Source of the DNA: a virus
Lineage: Duplodnaviria; Caudoviricetes
Virus record (IMG/VR): IMGVR_UViG_3300035661_000166
Location: 1-38,079 of that record
DNA length: 38,079 nucleotides
Strand: one strand, 5' to 3'
Notes under the pieces: generated by a model
Seen by the model: the letters and a program-made list of their open reading frames with translations, nothing else
Databases searched by the model: none
What the model was told of the DNA's origin: nothing
Translations under genes and position numbers: made by a program
Shown: piece after piece, positions 25,932-35,184 of the stretch
Numbering within the stretch: the stretch's first letter is position 1
How the letters are laid out: every line of letters begins with the position of its first letter

Positions 25932-26243
25932 TTATACCAATAGAGGATCATAAATTGGCAGGTCTGCCAAACCAGTATATGTATTTCCGGCACTTGTAGT
26001 TATAGTCATAGCAATACGGTAAACTGTATCAGCTACCCCATTATAAATCCTTTGTGCTACAGTTGGTGTAGAGACTAGGGGCGAGCTGATAAGGATATTG
26101 TTTGGGTTAGGATCAGTACCATTCATTACATTTACAGAACAGGTTGCACCAATAATAGTCTCACCAGAGACAAGTACTTCACTAAAATCAAAAGTGAATA
26201 ATTCACTTTCAGTTGTAAGTTTATAACTAAAGGTATCAACCAT
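25932..26243 (-). CDS. Putative fibre-tail adaptor protein
   Basis: FTFDFS..L.SGETI...G....VYRI....TTS.G pattern. Confidence 0.7.
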   Translation of the reverse strand: MVDTFSYKLTTESELFTFDFSEVLVSGETIIGATCSVNVMNGTDPNPNNILISSPLVSTPTVAQRIYNGVADTVYRIAMTITTSAGNTYTGLADLPIYDPLLV

Positions 26244-26655
26244 TTGTCTTTTTCTGTGTAGTGGTGTTTACGAAAATATGCCTAGTTGTTTTTACAATTA
26301 GAGTTTTCTTATCCCGCCTCTGTAGCATTATTTTTCGAGATAGCGGAACTTTTATTGAATTAATTAGAGCTACAGTATTAAAGACAATATTTGCTTTACC
26401 AACAAAAGATAAAGTAGTTTTAGTTATAGCTTGGATATTGAAGGTAGTAGTAACACTGCCTGTAGAGGTAAATACACTAGAGTATACCCCAGAACCAATA
26501 AGAGAGGTTACCGCTAGTCCACTAGTGCTAATCTGGGTATTAGCTACAGCACCACCAACAGCGAAAAAATCCCCACTCCCAGTCATTACAAAAAAACTAT
26601 CTTGTGATGCAAGAGAGGCAACAGGAGCAGAAGAAACAGGACCAAAACCCAACAT
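26236..26655 (-). CDS. Virion structural protein
   Basis: MLGFGPVSSAPVASL N-terminus typical of genes following ADRVKET fibres; TAATG coupling. Confidence 0.7.
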   Translation of the reverse strand: MLGFGPVSSAPVASLASQDSFFVMTGSGDFFAVGGAVANTQISTSGLAVTSLIGSGVYSSVFTSTGSVTTTFNIQAITKTTLSFVGKANIVFNTVALINSIKVPLSRKIMLQRRDKKTLIVKTTRHIFVNTTTQKKTNG

Positions 26656-27713
26656 TATGCGTACTGCCCACCAGTTGCAGTTGTTCCAGCAGTATCACCG
26701 GGGAGATATGTGGTAGCTGCACCATTAATGTAACAAGCAGAATTAAGATTAATGATGTATCGAACGCCTGTCGCTGATCCAGTAAAAGTAGCATTATTGC
26801 TTATTATAATTATACTTGCATTTCTCATATAAAGAAAAGCCCCACTAAATGCTGGTGTACCTGTGATGGTGATTGTTCTACCAGAGAGACCCCCAACAAT
26901 TCCTAAGTCAGTTACTTGCCAATGTATAGGGGAGGGCCCTGCAATTGTATAATTTGACTGGCAAGTGATGATACCACTCTTTTGAGCATTTATATGTGCA
27001 GTTGCACACGCCCCAAAAACTATATTTTGAAAATTAATAATTCCACCATTTTGTGCATTAAGTCCATATCCACTTGTAGTTGTCTTTAGTGTAAACCCAT
27101 TTATATTCCAAGCTACAGCTTGGTTTACAAGAAAACAATCACTAGAGGTAGTAGAGAGTATGCAGTTAGCTGGTGTAGTTGTATTACCTTGTATAATTGG
27201 AGGGAGGGTACCGATATAACTATTACATACACTAGTATTAGTATATGTCCCATCAGCTACTTGAATTGTTACTTGATACACCCCCATATCAAGAGAACAA
27301 ACAGTATTAATTGCTTTTTGAATTGTCAAAAAAGGTGTACTAGCACTTAGGCCATTATTACTGTCACTACCTGTAGTAGCTACATAATAAGTTCTAGCAG
27401 CAGTTAAAAGCTCTCGTGTTGCAACAGCAGGACGAGTGCAGTACACAGAAGAACCCGTAGTGAAGTTAACAAGAGAGCCACTATTACTAGAATCAAGAAC
27501 AGTATCCCTAGAAAGTGTCCAAGGTGTTCCTGATGTAACTGTACCCTCTCCAACCTCCCAAGAAGCACCATTTTCTATTGTATAGAATACCTTTTGACCG
27601 GATACAAAAGCTGAAGAAAAAGCACGAAAACCAGTAACAGCCCCTCCAAGAGAGATTGTACCAGTTCCCGTAGTAGCTGTAGTTTCTTTAACCCTATCTG
27701 CAACTGCACCCAT
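26655..27713 (-). CDS. Tail fibre/spike with beta-helix-like C-terminal domain
   Basis: ADRVKETTATTGTG anchor; YYVATTGSDSNNGLS..TPFLTIQKAIN and IQVADGTY motifs. Confidence 0.8.
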   Translation of the reverse strand: MGAVADRVKETTATTGTGTISLGGAVTGFRAFSSAFVSGQKVFYTIENGASWEVGEGTVTSGTPWTLSRDTVLDSSNSGSLVNFTTGSSVYCTRPAVATRELLTAARTYYVATTGSDSNNGLSASTPFLTIQKAINTVCSLDMGVYQVTIQVADGTYTNTSVCNSYIGTLPPIIQGNTTTPANCILSTTSSDCFLVNQAVAWNINGFTLKTTTSGYGLNAQNGGIINFQNIVFGACATAHINAQKSGIITCQSNYTIAGPSPIHWQVTDLGIVGGLSGRTITITGTPAFSGAFLYMRNASIIIISNNATFTGSATGVRYIINLNSACYINGAATTYLPGDTAGTTATGGQYA

Positions 27714-27714
27714 A

Positions 27715-28149
27715 TTAAGTCTCTACGATAGTTGAAGTTACGTTAATTTGAGGAGTAATGCCATCCATAATAGGGATGGAGGGACTCAGGGCACCTGAAT
27801 AAAGGATTTGAGTCGCTCCAGAAGAAGCAATACCAATAGAGGCATAAGTTGCAGTGGTTGTTGTAGTTCCTGTTGGACAGGTAGGGAAACTAATAGCTGC
27901 TGTTGGACTAATAGAAGTTCCGGTGAGAGTCCACCCCGAACCCCTAGTAACTGCAACACGAGCATATCCTACATATGTAAGTTCACTAGTATTCTGTGTT
28001 CCACTTCCAGGATTAGCGGTATGCAAAGCGACGTATAGGTTAGTGAGAGGTGAAGCAGCAGCAGCAGCTATATTAATAAAGATTGTGTCAATAGTTCCCT
28101 TAAAAATGAGATCAAGGAAAGCCGTGTCTAGTGCTGTACTTTTAGGCAT
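27715..28149 (-). CDS. Tail fibre-associated structural protein
   Basis: LYVALHTANPG...E..Y.GYARVAV...ISFP...ILYSGAL. Confidence 0.75.
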   Translation of the reverse strand: MPKSTALDTAFLDLIFKGTIDTIFINIAAAAASPLTNLYVALHTANPGSGTQNTSELTYVGYARVAVTRGSGWTLTGTSISPTAAISFPTCPTGTTTTTATYASIGIASSGATQILYSGALSPSIPIMDGITPQINVTSTIVET

Positions 28150-28158
28150 TACTACCCC

Positions 28159-28572
28159 TTATCGGTATTGCTTCTTACACTCAAGAACAATCGAAAAGAC
28201 TTGAGTGCCACTAGTCCAACCAGTAGTCTGAATCAAAAGTTTACCAGTCTTACCAGCACCAGCATTATTTTGAAGACCCCCAAAGTTCCAGAAAGACATA
28301 CGCCCCCGACCAGCAACAGGGAGGGCTACTACTGGTGTAGTTGCATCCCATTGTAACTGTACTTCAATTTGGTCAGTAAGAGAGTAGTCGATATGATCAA
28401 TACGAACCGTAGTAGCAGTAAGCACACCAGAACCAGTATCATTGTCAACAAAGCTAGACGGATCAATAGCCGTTGTTGCAGCTAGATCGGAGGTGTCGAG
28501 CACCCCCGTCAGCTTCACGATATAGTTACTAGGGCCATTCTCTAGTACCTGAGTAAGAAAAGAATTAGCCAT
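28159..28572 (-). CDS. Virion structural protein
   Basis: Beta-rich, late-module position, FGGLQNNAG.GKTG motif. Confidence 0.7.
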   Translation of the reverse strand: MANSFLTQVLENGPSNYIVKLTGVLDTSDLAATTAIDPSSFVDNDTGSGVLTATTVRIDHIDYSLTDQIEVQLQWDATTPVVALPVAGRGRMSFWNFGGLQNNAGAGKTGKLLIQTTGWTSGTQVFSIVLECKKQYR

Positions 28573-28584
28573 TGTCGTGCCCTA

Positions 28585-29313
28585 TTAGAAACGAGAAGTA
28601 CTCAGACCAGCATTATTCCGGGGGGTTTCTTCTGCTACCAAAACATAATCCAGAGTAAGAGTACGGGCAACACCTGTACTATTAATCAGTTGGAAGGTTG
28701 GGGTAATAGCAGTACCAACCATCGACAGACTAGGAATACTACCGATCATTGCATTGTTCAAGAACACAAGGAGGTCAGTACCGTTGTAGTATAACCCAAG
28801 CTCTACGTTGGTCGCAGCAACAAGAGTAGTGACAGAGGGGATCAAGGTAGTAGCCACACCCGAAGCAACAGCCTTCAAAGCGACTGTACCAACACCCGTA
28901 GCCTTTTCAAAGTAGATACCATTCTGATTAGAAGCAGTATCTACAAGACCCACACGCATCACAGAGTTGATAACTTCTGAAAGTTGGAACTGACAAACAT
29001 ACCAAGCCTGTTGGCCCAAAGTGAATCCGAAAGATGTACCAGTTTTTAGGACAAGACAGGAATCAGAAACACCAGTCGTAGTAGTAAGAACAGCCGTACC
29101 AGCAACACCACTACCCAGTGCAAAGGTAGGAGTACCCGTACCAGTGGTAGTAAAGTCGGTACCGATTAGTGTATCAAAGTCGTTGAAATAAGTGTGTACC
29201 CGACTAGTGTTAAGACCCCCAGTACGGATAGGGTCTGGGAGCGGGTAGTTAGCAAGAACATCGGTGCGGTATTGGGTTGCAACACCATTGAGAAAACGAG
29301 AGGGAGTGGCCAT
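28585..29313 (-). CDS. Virion structural protein (beta-sandwich-like)
   Basis: ATG 29313 with SD AAGGA; YFNDFD motif; T/G-rich. Confidence 0.75.
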   Translation of the reverse strand: MATPSRFLNGVATQYRTDVLANYPLPDPIRTGGLNTSRVHTYFNDFDTLIGTDFTTTGTGTPTFALGSGVAGTAVLTTTTGVSDSCLVLKTGTSFGFTLGQQAWYVCQFQLSEVINSVMRVGLVDTASNQNGIYFEKATGVGTVALKAVASGVATTLIPSVTTLVAATNVELGLYYNGTDLLVFLNNAMIGSIPSLSMVGTAITPTFQLINSTGVARTLTLDYVLVAEETPRNNAGLSTSRF

Positions 29314-29367
29314 TTTAGTTCCTTTTGACGTTAGTGGCAAACGACCGGATGGTCGTCATTAGGAGTA

Positions 29368-29433
29368 TTACTTAGGTTTTTTAATCGGAGGAACAGCAGG
29401 ACGCTGCCCTTTATCTTCTTGATGCTGACCCAT
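29368..29433 (-). CDS. Possible 21-aa peptide MGQHQEDKGQRPAVPPIKKPK
   Basis: SD GGAG 5 nt before ATG; intergenic position. Confidence 0.4.
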   Translation of the reverse strand: MGQHQEDKGQRPAVPPIKKPK

Positions 29434-29444
29434 TACTTTCTCCA

Positions 29445-29493
29445 AAATAAAAAGAGAGAGATACTTATAAGTTTCCTTACTTTCTCTCTCTCA
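29445..29493 (-). terminator. Putative terminator downstream of the major capsid gene
   Basis: Minus strand GAGAGAGA...TCTCTCTC stem followed by TTTTATTTT. Confidence 0.55.
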
Positions 29494-29515
29494 AATACTA
29501 CAAGATAATAAAAGT

Positions 29516-29544
29516 ATTATACCATACTTTTTATCTTAAGTCAA
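29516..29544 (-). promoter_or_regulatory. sigma70 promoter (extended -10)
   Basis: TTGACT, 17 nt, TATAAT preceded by TGG. Confidence 0.8.
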
Positions 29545-29551
29545 CTAACCA

Positions 29552-30466
29552 TTACGGGCCGTTAACACCCCAGATTGCCCGAGGATCAGTCCAACCAAAG
29601 CTATACCGCTCGTAACCCTTAGCCTTGGCGTTCATGGTATCAAAGTCATTATCCTGATCGAAAGTAATACCTACACGACTGTAGTACTTCAAACCATTCT
29701 GAATGTTAGTACGCAGGAACCAAGCATGGGGGGCAGTCAGGTAATGGTTCATTACGATACCTTCCGGTAGGGCATTGGTAGCCTTGAGGACGTTGATATC
29801 GTTGTTAGCCGAACCCGGAGTGTAGACACTCTTGAGGATACGGTTAGCATTGTACCACTCTTGACGAGCGATAATAAGACTACGGGGCATGACGTTAATC
29901 AAAAGGCCACGATCATTCTGATAGCCCATGATTGCGATCATAGCATCTTCCAAAGAGGCTTCTGACAGGTCAGCAGACACCGTAGGTGTATTAGCATAGG
30001 TACCACCAGAAGTATTCGGATGATTAGTTGCACACAAAGTTACGCCATCACCACCCGTATAGCCGCCAGTGAATGCACGGTTATAGATATTAGCAGCAAC
30101 GTTTTCCTTGGTTTGACGGAAACCCATAGCCAACGAAGCAGCACGACGCTTGGAGACTTCCAGATATAGGTTGTCATCAAGCTCTTCCTTGGTTACGATG
30201 TAACCGGAAGCATATGCTACGTGGGTATAACGGGTCGTAAAGCCCTGCATCTCGGAGTCGTAGTTAACGCCTTGACCTTCCGGTTTAATCGGGGCAAGCC
30301 CAAAACCAGTCAGTTGGACATCTTCTTCGTAGTTCTGAGAAGAGGTTTCAGAATCAAACAACTTATCATACTCGGTAGTATGTTCGTCATAAGCCTGACC
30401 CCACCAAGCTTTGACACCAGGCCAAAGTGCTTTCGGGTGGGTTGCAGTAGTGATAATACCAGCCAT
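29552..30466 (-). CDS. Major capsid protein
   Basis: 304 aa, strong SD AGGAG; ALWPGV, GFGLAP.K.EG, DDNLY, ERYSFGWTDPR; follows scaffold genes. Confidence 0.9.
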   Translation of the reverse strand: MAGIITTATHPKALWPGVKAWWGQAYDEHTTEYDKLFDSETSSQNYEEDVQLTGFGLAPIKPEGQGVNYDSEMQGFTTRYTHVAYASGYIVTKEELDDNLYLEVSKRRAASLAMGFRQTKENVAANIYNRAFTGGYTGGDGVTLCATNHPNTSGGTYANTPTVSADLSEASLEDAMIAIMGYQNDRGLLINVMPRSLIIARQEWYNANRILKSVYTPGSANNDINVLKATNALPEGIVMNHYLTAPHAWFLRTNIQNGLKYYSRVGITFDQDNDFDTMNAKAKGYERYSFGWTDPRAIWGVNGP

Positions 30467-30482
30467 GTTATATATCTCCTAA

Positions 30483-31091
30483 TTAAGCGCCAGCGTTGCC
30501 GCCGAAGTATTGATGCTTATTCCAAACACACAGAACTTTAGCATAGGCACCCACACTGTTGTTCGGGGCTTGGGCAAGACCAATAATATGGATAGGCAGA
30601 GTGCTGGTCGTAGCAAGGCCAGTCAACACAGTCGAAGACTGCGGTGAAGTCATGCTAAGGGTCGTCTGGTTAGCCGTAATGGTCATTGTGGCATTCTGAG
30701 ACATATTAGAAGCCGTAATAGCCGTGCTATCAGTCTGTGCCAGGAAGATAATATCTGGATCATCTACAACATAGGCATAATGAACACCAGAGTTGACCGG
30801 CAAATAGTTCTGAGAAAGCTTCAGATCATTGCCTTGCAAGGAGGTGCCCGGATCAGCAGTACGGATACCTACAATGATACCCAAAGGAATATCAGTTGCA
30901 GGGGTGGTAATTTTGGTTACATAGGGGACGCCGTTTGCATCGGAACCAGTTGCAATCTTGACAGCATCGCCAATAGCGTAGCTGTTAGAAGCATCATTAG
31001 CGATACAATACAGACGACCAGCCTGGTTCCACGATTGGCCCGAAATGGTACCAACCGGAGAAAGGCCGAACGGGGTATTGGTGTTAGCCAT
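30483..31091 (-). CDS. Capsid decoration/auxiliary protein
   Basis: MAN.NTPFGL.PV, IGDAV, VVDDPD pattern; immediately upstream of the MCP. Confidence 0.75.
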   Translation of the reverse strand: MANTNTPFGLSPVGTISGQSWNQAGRLYCIANDASNSYAIGDAVKIATGSDANGVPYVTKITTPATDIPLGIIVGIRTADPGTSLQGNDLKLSQNYLPVNSGVHYAYVVDDPDIIFLAQTDSTAITASNMSQNATMTITANQTTLSMTSPQSSTVLTGLATTSTLPIHIIGLAQAPNNSVGAYAKVLCVWNKHQYFGGNAGA

Positions 31092-31115
31092 TTAAATTAA
31101 ACTCCAAGAAAAAGA

Positions 31116-31622
31116 TTATTTGATTTTGGTGCCAGCATCATACAAGCCTTCAGCCGAGTGCCCTGGGGCAGTGAACTTACCGCTTCTGATTGCTGCATCA
31201 GTCTTATCATTACGCTGTTGGAGGAGTGCTTGATCTTCGTCATACCACTCTTGTTTGATCTTCATCAGGAAACCATACTTGGGTTCCCCAATACCATCTG
31301 TACCAACCAGGTATCGAACCTTGCTTCCAACATCAGTATTGTTAGAGACTACCTTTGCTGATGCTCCACCTATCTCTTCAGGCTCAACAAACTCATAGCC
31401 ATTATCAAGTGCTTGCTGTACACGACCAGGTTCATCATTGAACACGTGCAGATGATAACCGGGGATAGTGTTACTTACACTGATCTTACTTTGCGTACCG
31501 TTAAAAGAGCCACGTACTTTACGTTTAGCAGGTTTTACCTTTTGCTCCTCAGGTACATTTGAAGCAGCTACACGAGCCAGTGCGTCATCTTTCTTTTGTT
31601 CAATAGTCTTTGCATAAGCCAT
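31116..31622 (-). CDS. Conserved head-module protein
   Basis: IPGYHL..FND...GYEFV...LMKI..EWY.EDQ; ATG 31622 with SD GGAG. Confidence 0.75.
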   Translation of the reverse strand: MAYAKTIEQKKDDALARVAASNVPEEQKVKPAKRKVRGSFNGTQSKISVSNTIPGYHLHVFNDEPGRVQQALDNGYEFVEPEEIGGASAKVVSNNTDVGSKVRYLVGTDGIGEPKYGFLMKIKQEWYDEDQALLQQRNDKTDAAIRSGKFTAPGHSAEGLYDAGTKIK

Positions 31623-31636
31623 TTTATATCTCCCTA

Positions 31637-32452
31637 TTATTCCCAAGCGTACTCAGCAACATATTGTTCCCGAGTCATTAGTTTCTGATTTACAAATCGG
31701 TCACAAGCAGCCTTAGCTTCAGCAGGAAGAGCTTCATATGAATGCTTCTTACTGCTAGTGGGGCGGCTAGTTGACCTACCTTCTACCGGATTGTGAGGAG
31801 GGGTTTCTCGGGGGTTCCGAATGCTTGCCAGTTCCTCATCCAACTTATCTAGAAAAGCCTTACCAGTCAGGCCAGGATTTTCTGTACGGATCGTCTCCCC
31901 AAGTGCATTAGCGATCCCAGTAAGTCTACGATCCTGTCCAAACCAAGTGTTGCTATCTAACCAAGTTTGAAGTGATGGATCAATTGCTGTGGTATCCGGT
32001 TTAGGGATTTCTTTCTTTTCCAGTGCCTTTCGATTGGCCTCTTCATGTTGCTCTTTGGCAACATCAATGGCTTCATCAATCGCTACAACACGTTCACCAT
32101 CTCCTTCATTGATGGCTTCTTTCTTCTGTTCACGGAGCAATTTAATCTGCTCTTTGTATTCCTCTGCCTTCCTTTCAAAGTTCTCTTTTTGAAAGGCTTG
32201 AAACTCACGAGCAACAGTACGTGCCTCTTCAGCTGCCTGTTTTGCTTCATTCAGTTCCTTAAGCAACTTCTCGTTATTACGCCGTAGAATGGGCATAATA
32301 GCTTCACCACGTTTTACAAAGGTCTTAGCATCTACGAAGTCTTCAGGATCACCCTTCCAATCTTCTTCACCTCGCCAGCCTTGTGCTCGGGCTTCCTCTT
32401 CATAATTACGAGAAGAGACTTCTGCTTGTACTTCTTGTTCTTGCTCACTCAT
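31637..32452 (-). CDS. Scaffolding protein
   Basis: EARAQGW...W.G.P..FVDA..FV.RG, long coiled coil, W...N.WF; between portal and MCP. Confidence 0.8.
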   Translation of the reverse strand: MSEQEQEVQAEVSSRNYEEEARAQGWRGEEDWKGDPEDFVDAKTFVKRGEAIMPILRRNNEKLLKELNEAKQAAEEARTVAREFQAFQKENFERKAEEYKEQIKLLREQKKEAINEGDGERVVAIDEAIDVAKEQHEEANRKALEKKEIPKPDTTAIDPSLQTWLDSNTWFGQDRRLTGIANALGETIRTENPGLTGKAFLDKLDEELASIRNPRETPPHNPVEGRSTSRPTSSKKHSYEALPAEAKAACDRFVNQKLMTREQYVAEYAWE

Positions 32453-32462
32453 GATTCTTCCT

Positions 32463-32798
32463 TTACAGATTCTTGGCTAGGTGGGGATCAACAACATCAA
32501 CATCTTGGTCTAGGGTAGCGACAATATCTTCATCATTGATGATCCGGTATCGTACCTTGTCTTTACCAAGATAGAGTAGTCCTGAGTATTTACCGAAGAT
32601 AACTTTATCTCCAGCTTTACACCACGTATTACACTCAGCCCCTACTTCAACAACGATAGCAGTAGTGTTTGCCATTCGTTCTCGTTCAAGACCTTCTCCA
32701 TGTGCGATCACAATCCCGGAGGAAGTCGTCTCTTCAAGCTCAAAAGGTTTAACGAGGAGTCGCCAACCTTTAGGATGAATACCTGATTTGTTAATCAT
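32463..32798 (-). CDS. groES: GroES-like co-chaperonin
   Basis: HPKGWRLLVKP..EETTSSGIVI, VVEVG, KAGDKVIFGKYSG, YRIINDEDIVA; ATG 32798. Confidence 0.88.
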   Translation of the reverse strand: MINKSGIHPKGWRLLVKPFELEETTSSGIVIAHGEGLERERMANTTAIVVEVGAECNTWCKAGDKVIFGKYSGLLYLGKDKVRYRIINDEDIVATLDQDVDVVDPHLAKNL

Positions 32799-33033
32799 TC
32801 CGTACCTCACTTTGACTAGCTAAACTGTCCATCAAATCCCGGTAATCCATACGAAGGATTTGAACTATGGCTGCGGCACGACCTCGAACATCTTCATCAT
32901 TCTCAGTACCTGCAATAAGCATTTCTTTAAGATTCTCTCGGTCATTAAAGAGAGCTTTTAAGAAAGCCTGTGTTACACTATGCCCACGCCACTCGATATA
33001 CTCTTGCTCTGTTACTACAATAGGTTTACTCAC
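32791..33033 (-). CDS. Hypothetical protein between portal and GroES
   Basis: EW..H.VT..F motif; SD AGGAG, GTG start. Confidence 0.75.
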   Translation of the reverse strand: MSKPIVVTEQEYIEWRGHSVTQAFLKALFNDRENLKEMLIAGTENDEDVRGRAAAIVQILRMDYRDLMDSLASQSEVRND

Positions 33034-33045
33034 TTACTCTCCTGT

Positions 33046-35175
33046 TTAAGACATGCTTGTTTCACCCGTAGTCTGGACATTCTCTTGTTGATTGTCCTGT
33101 GACATACTGTCAGACACTTTCAGCATGGTTTCAATAGCTTTTAACATACCATCCTGTCTGTGTTTTGCGGCTGCAATCTCTGCATTCATAGCAGCAATTG
33201 CATGACCTGTTTGCACACCCTTGGCATCAGCAACAGCCTTCATAGCCTCTGCTTCCAGTTTATGAATATGTGCTTGATTGGTCTCTGCATCCTTCATGAT
33301 CTTCATCATGCCCAACTTAAACTTAAGTTGCATATCTGCTTGTTTAACCTGTGCCTTGATATTCTCTACCTGAACCTTTGGATTAGGCATTGGCGGAATA
33401 GCATCAGGTCCATTCGGATCAGGCAGGATACGATCAATATCTGGTACCTTAAGTGCCTTAGCATATCGAATCTGTGCCTCATGCAGGTTAACTCCTGGGG
33501 TTGTACTCGCAAGTTGAAGCATAGCTTGAGCTTGCTGCATACGCTGTGCATCAGAGACAATATTAGGATCAGCGGAGGGAGAGACATCAGAAGAGTCTCC
33601 CTTCTGGTAATCCTCGGGCTTCACATAGTTAAGCATACCACCACCACCAAACTCAGTCAGCTCTGTTACATAGAACTGGTTCAAGCGGTAGAGTTTACGG
33701 AACTCTTTCTTAAGGCTACGGTAGGTACGTTTAAAGATACCTGAGAAAATCTTCATACCCTGTTCTGCCATTGTACGACTAGTCTCAGCAGGGGTATTCT
33801 GACCGGGGTTCTGTCCAACAAGGATGTCTACAGAACCGCCAATACGCTCACCATAATTGATAAGCAAAGAAAGCAAAGTAAAGAGAACTTGGGAGGGCTC
33901 CCGAACAGGGAGCGGGAAAACACCCTTACGGAGATCATCTCCAGTACTGTCCACCGGCTTCCATTCAAGGGGAGCGAAGGAAGTGTTACCACCACGAATC
34001 TTTACACCACGTGCAATAAAGCCACCTGCTGTGTTCGCCATTGTACCCGCATCAATAAGTTGGTTGATAAGGGTATCAATAGATTGATTCAAAGGACCAA
34101 GAAGAACTCCAAACCCAAGGTCATAGAAACCACCATCAGGTGAGGGTATAAATGGGAACTTGGTAAAATAAGATTCAGGTTTGATAGAAAGAATCTTATC
34201 GTTCTTCTTGTGTACACTACCTCGCACAAAACGAGCAACTATACGGAGGATTTGACGAGTATCTCTACGAAGATAAACGATGTAGGGTTCCTCATAACCA
34301 TCATCATCCAGGTCAAGCCAAGTATGTTGCTCCAGGATTTCATAAGGAGTTGATGGGTCATTAGACTGGGGAGCAGTAATACCTTGAGCACGATCATGTG
34401 CACTTGTCAGGTTAGAGGTAGCAGGAGTATTGGGTGCCACTTCTTCCATCTCAGACCACAGACCACGAGCTACCCTCTCATAGATATCATTCTTGGACAT
34501 ATAGAGAATCTGCGTCACACGAGGAGCAGAATCAAGGTCTTTAGTCCAGTAGTTTACTACAAGGTCTTTAGCAAGAATGTTCTCGGAAACATTATGCCCC
34601 TTGATGGGATCATAGTAAGTTTTCTTGAAAGCAGTACCGATGATGGGCTGTGTAATGAGCACCCGATCAAACTCTTCTTCCCAGTTTTCATCCTGTTCGA
34701 GAATCTGCCAACTCATGTGGTTCTCGATACGTTCTGCACGAGAGGTCACTGGAACCGTTTTGGGGGCCTGTGGCGGCTGCGGAGCGCCTCCTGGGGCTCC
34801 CATACCACCCATAGGCATTGGAGGTTGCTGTGGGGCGCTATTGGTCGTCTCTGTGGAGAATGCAGGACGACGGCATTGAATAGGTGTGCTACTTTGCATC
34901 AAAGCAGGGTAAGCACGAGCATGGTACTGAAGAGCAGCGATAGTAATTAGGGGGAAGCGAACATTAGAGGCTCCCGGCCAAGGGAAGGATTTAGTTTCTG
35001 CCACTTGAAGCGCCAGTTTCATGGACTCTTCAGTACGCCGTTCCCAGTCCGAGCGAGAGTTCAAATCAACAGTAAAGCCTTCATAGACCTTATGAGAAAT
35101 GGATTCCAGTTCTTTCTTTTCTAGCAGCTCTGCTACGTTATCTGACTTCAGAATCTCATTAATCGTTAGGGCCAT
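33046..35175 (-). CDS. Portal protein
   Basis: 709 aa after TerL; FPWPGASNV, GTAFKKTYYD, LEQH..LDLDDDG..EPYIV, NQLIDAGT.AN. Confidence 0.92.
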   Translation of the reverse strand: MALTINEILKSDNVAELLEKKELESISHKVYEGFTVDLNSRSDWERRTEESMKLALQVAETKSFPWPGASNVRFPLITIAALQYHARAYPALMQSSTPIQCRRPAFSTETTNSAPQQPPMPMGGMGAPGGAPQPPQAPKTVPVTSRAERIENHMSWQILEQDENWEEEFDRVLITQPIIGTAFKKTYYDPIKGHNVSENILAKDLVVNYWTKDLDSAPRVTQILYMSKNDIYERVARGLWSEMEEVAPNTPATSNLTSAHDRAQGITAPQSNDPSTPYEILEQHTWLDLDDDGYEEPYIVYLRRDTRQILRIVARFVRGSVHKKNDKILSIKPESYFTKFPFIPSPDGGFYDLGFGVLLGPLNQSIDTLINQLIDAGTMANTAGGFIARGVKIRGGNTSFAPLEWKPVDSTGDDLRKGVFPLPVREPSQVLFTLLSLLINYGERIGGSVDILVGQNPGQNTPAETSRTMAEQGMKIFSGIFKRTYRSLKKEFRKLYRLNQFYVTELTEFGGGGMLNYVKPEDYQKGDSSDVSPSADPNIVSDAQRMQQAQAMLQLASTTPGVNLHEAQIRYAKALKVPDIDRILPDPNGPDAIPPMPNPKVQVENIKAQVKQADMQLKFKLGMMKIMKDAETNQAHIHKLEAEAMKAVADAKGVQTGHAIAAMNAEIAAAKHRQDGMLKAIETMLKVSDSMSQDNQQENVQTTGETSMS

Positions 35176-35184
35176 ATTCTCTCT

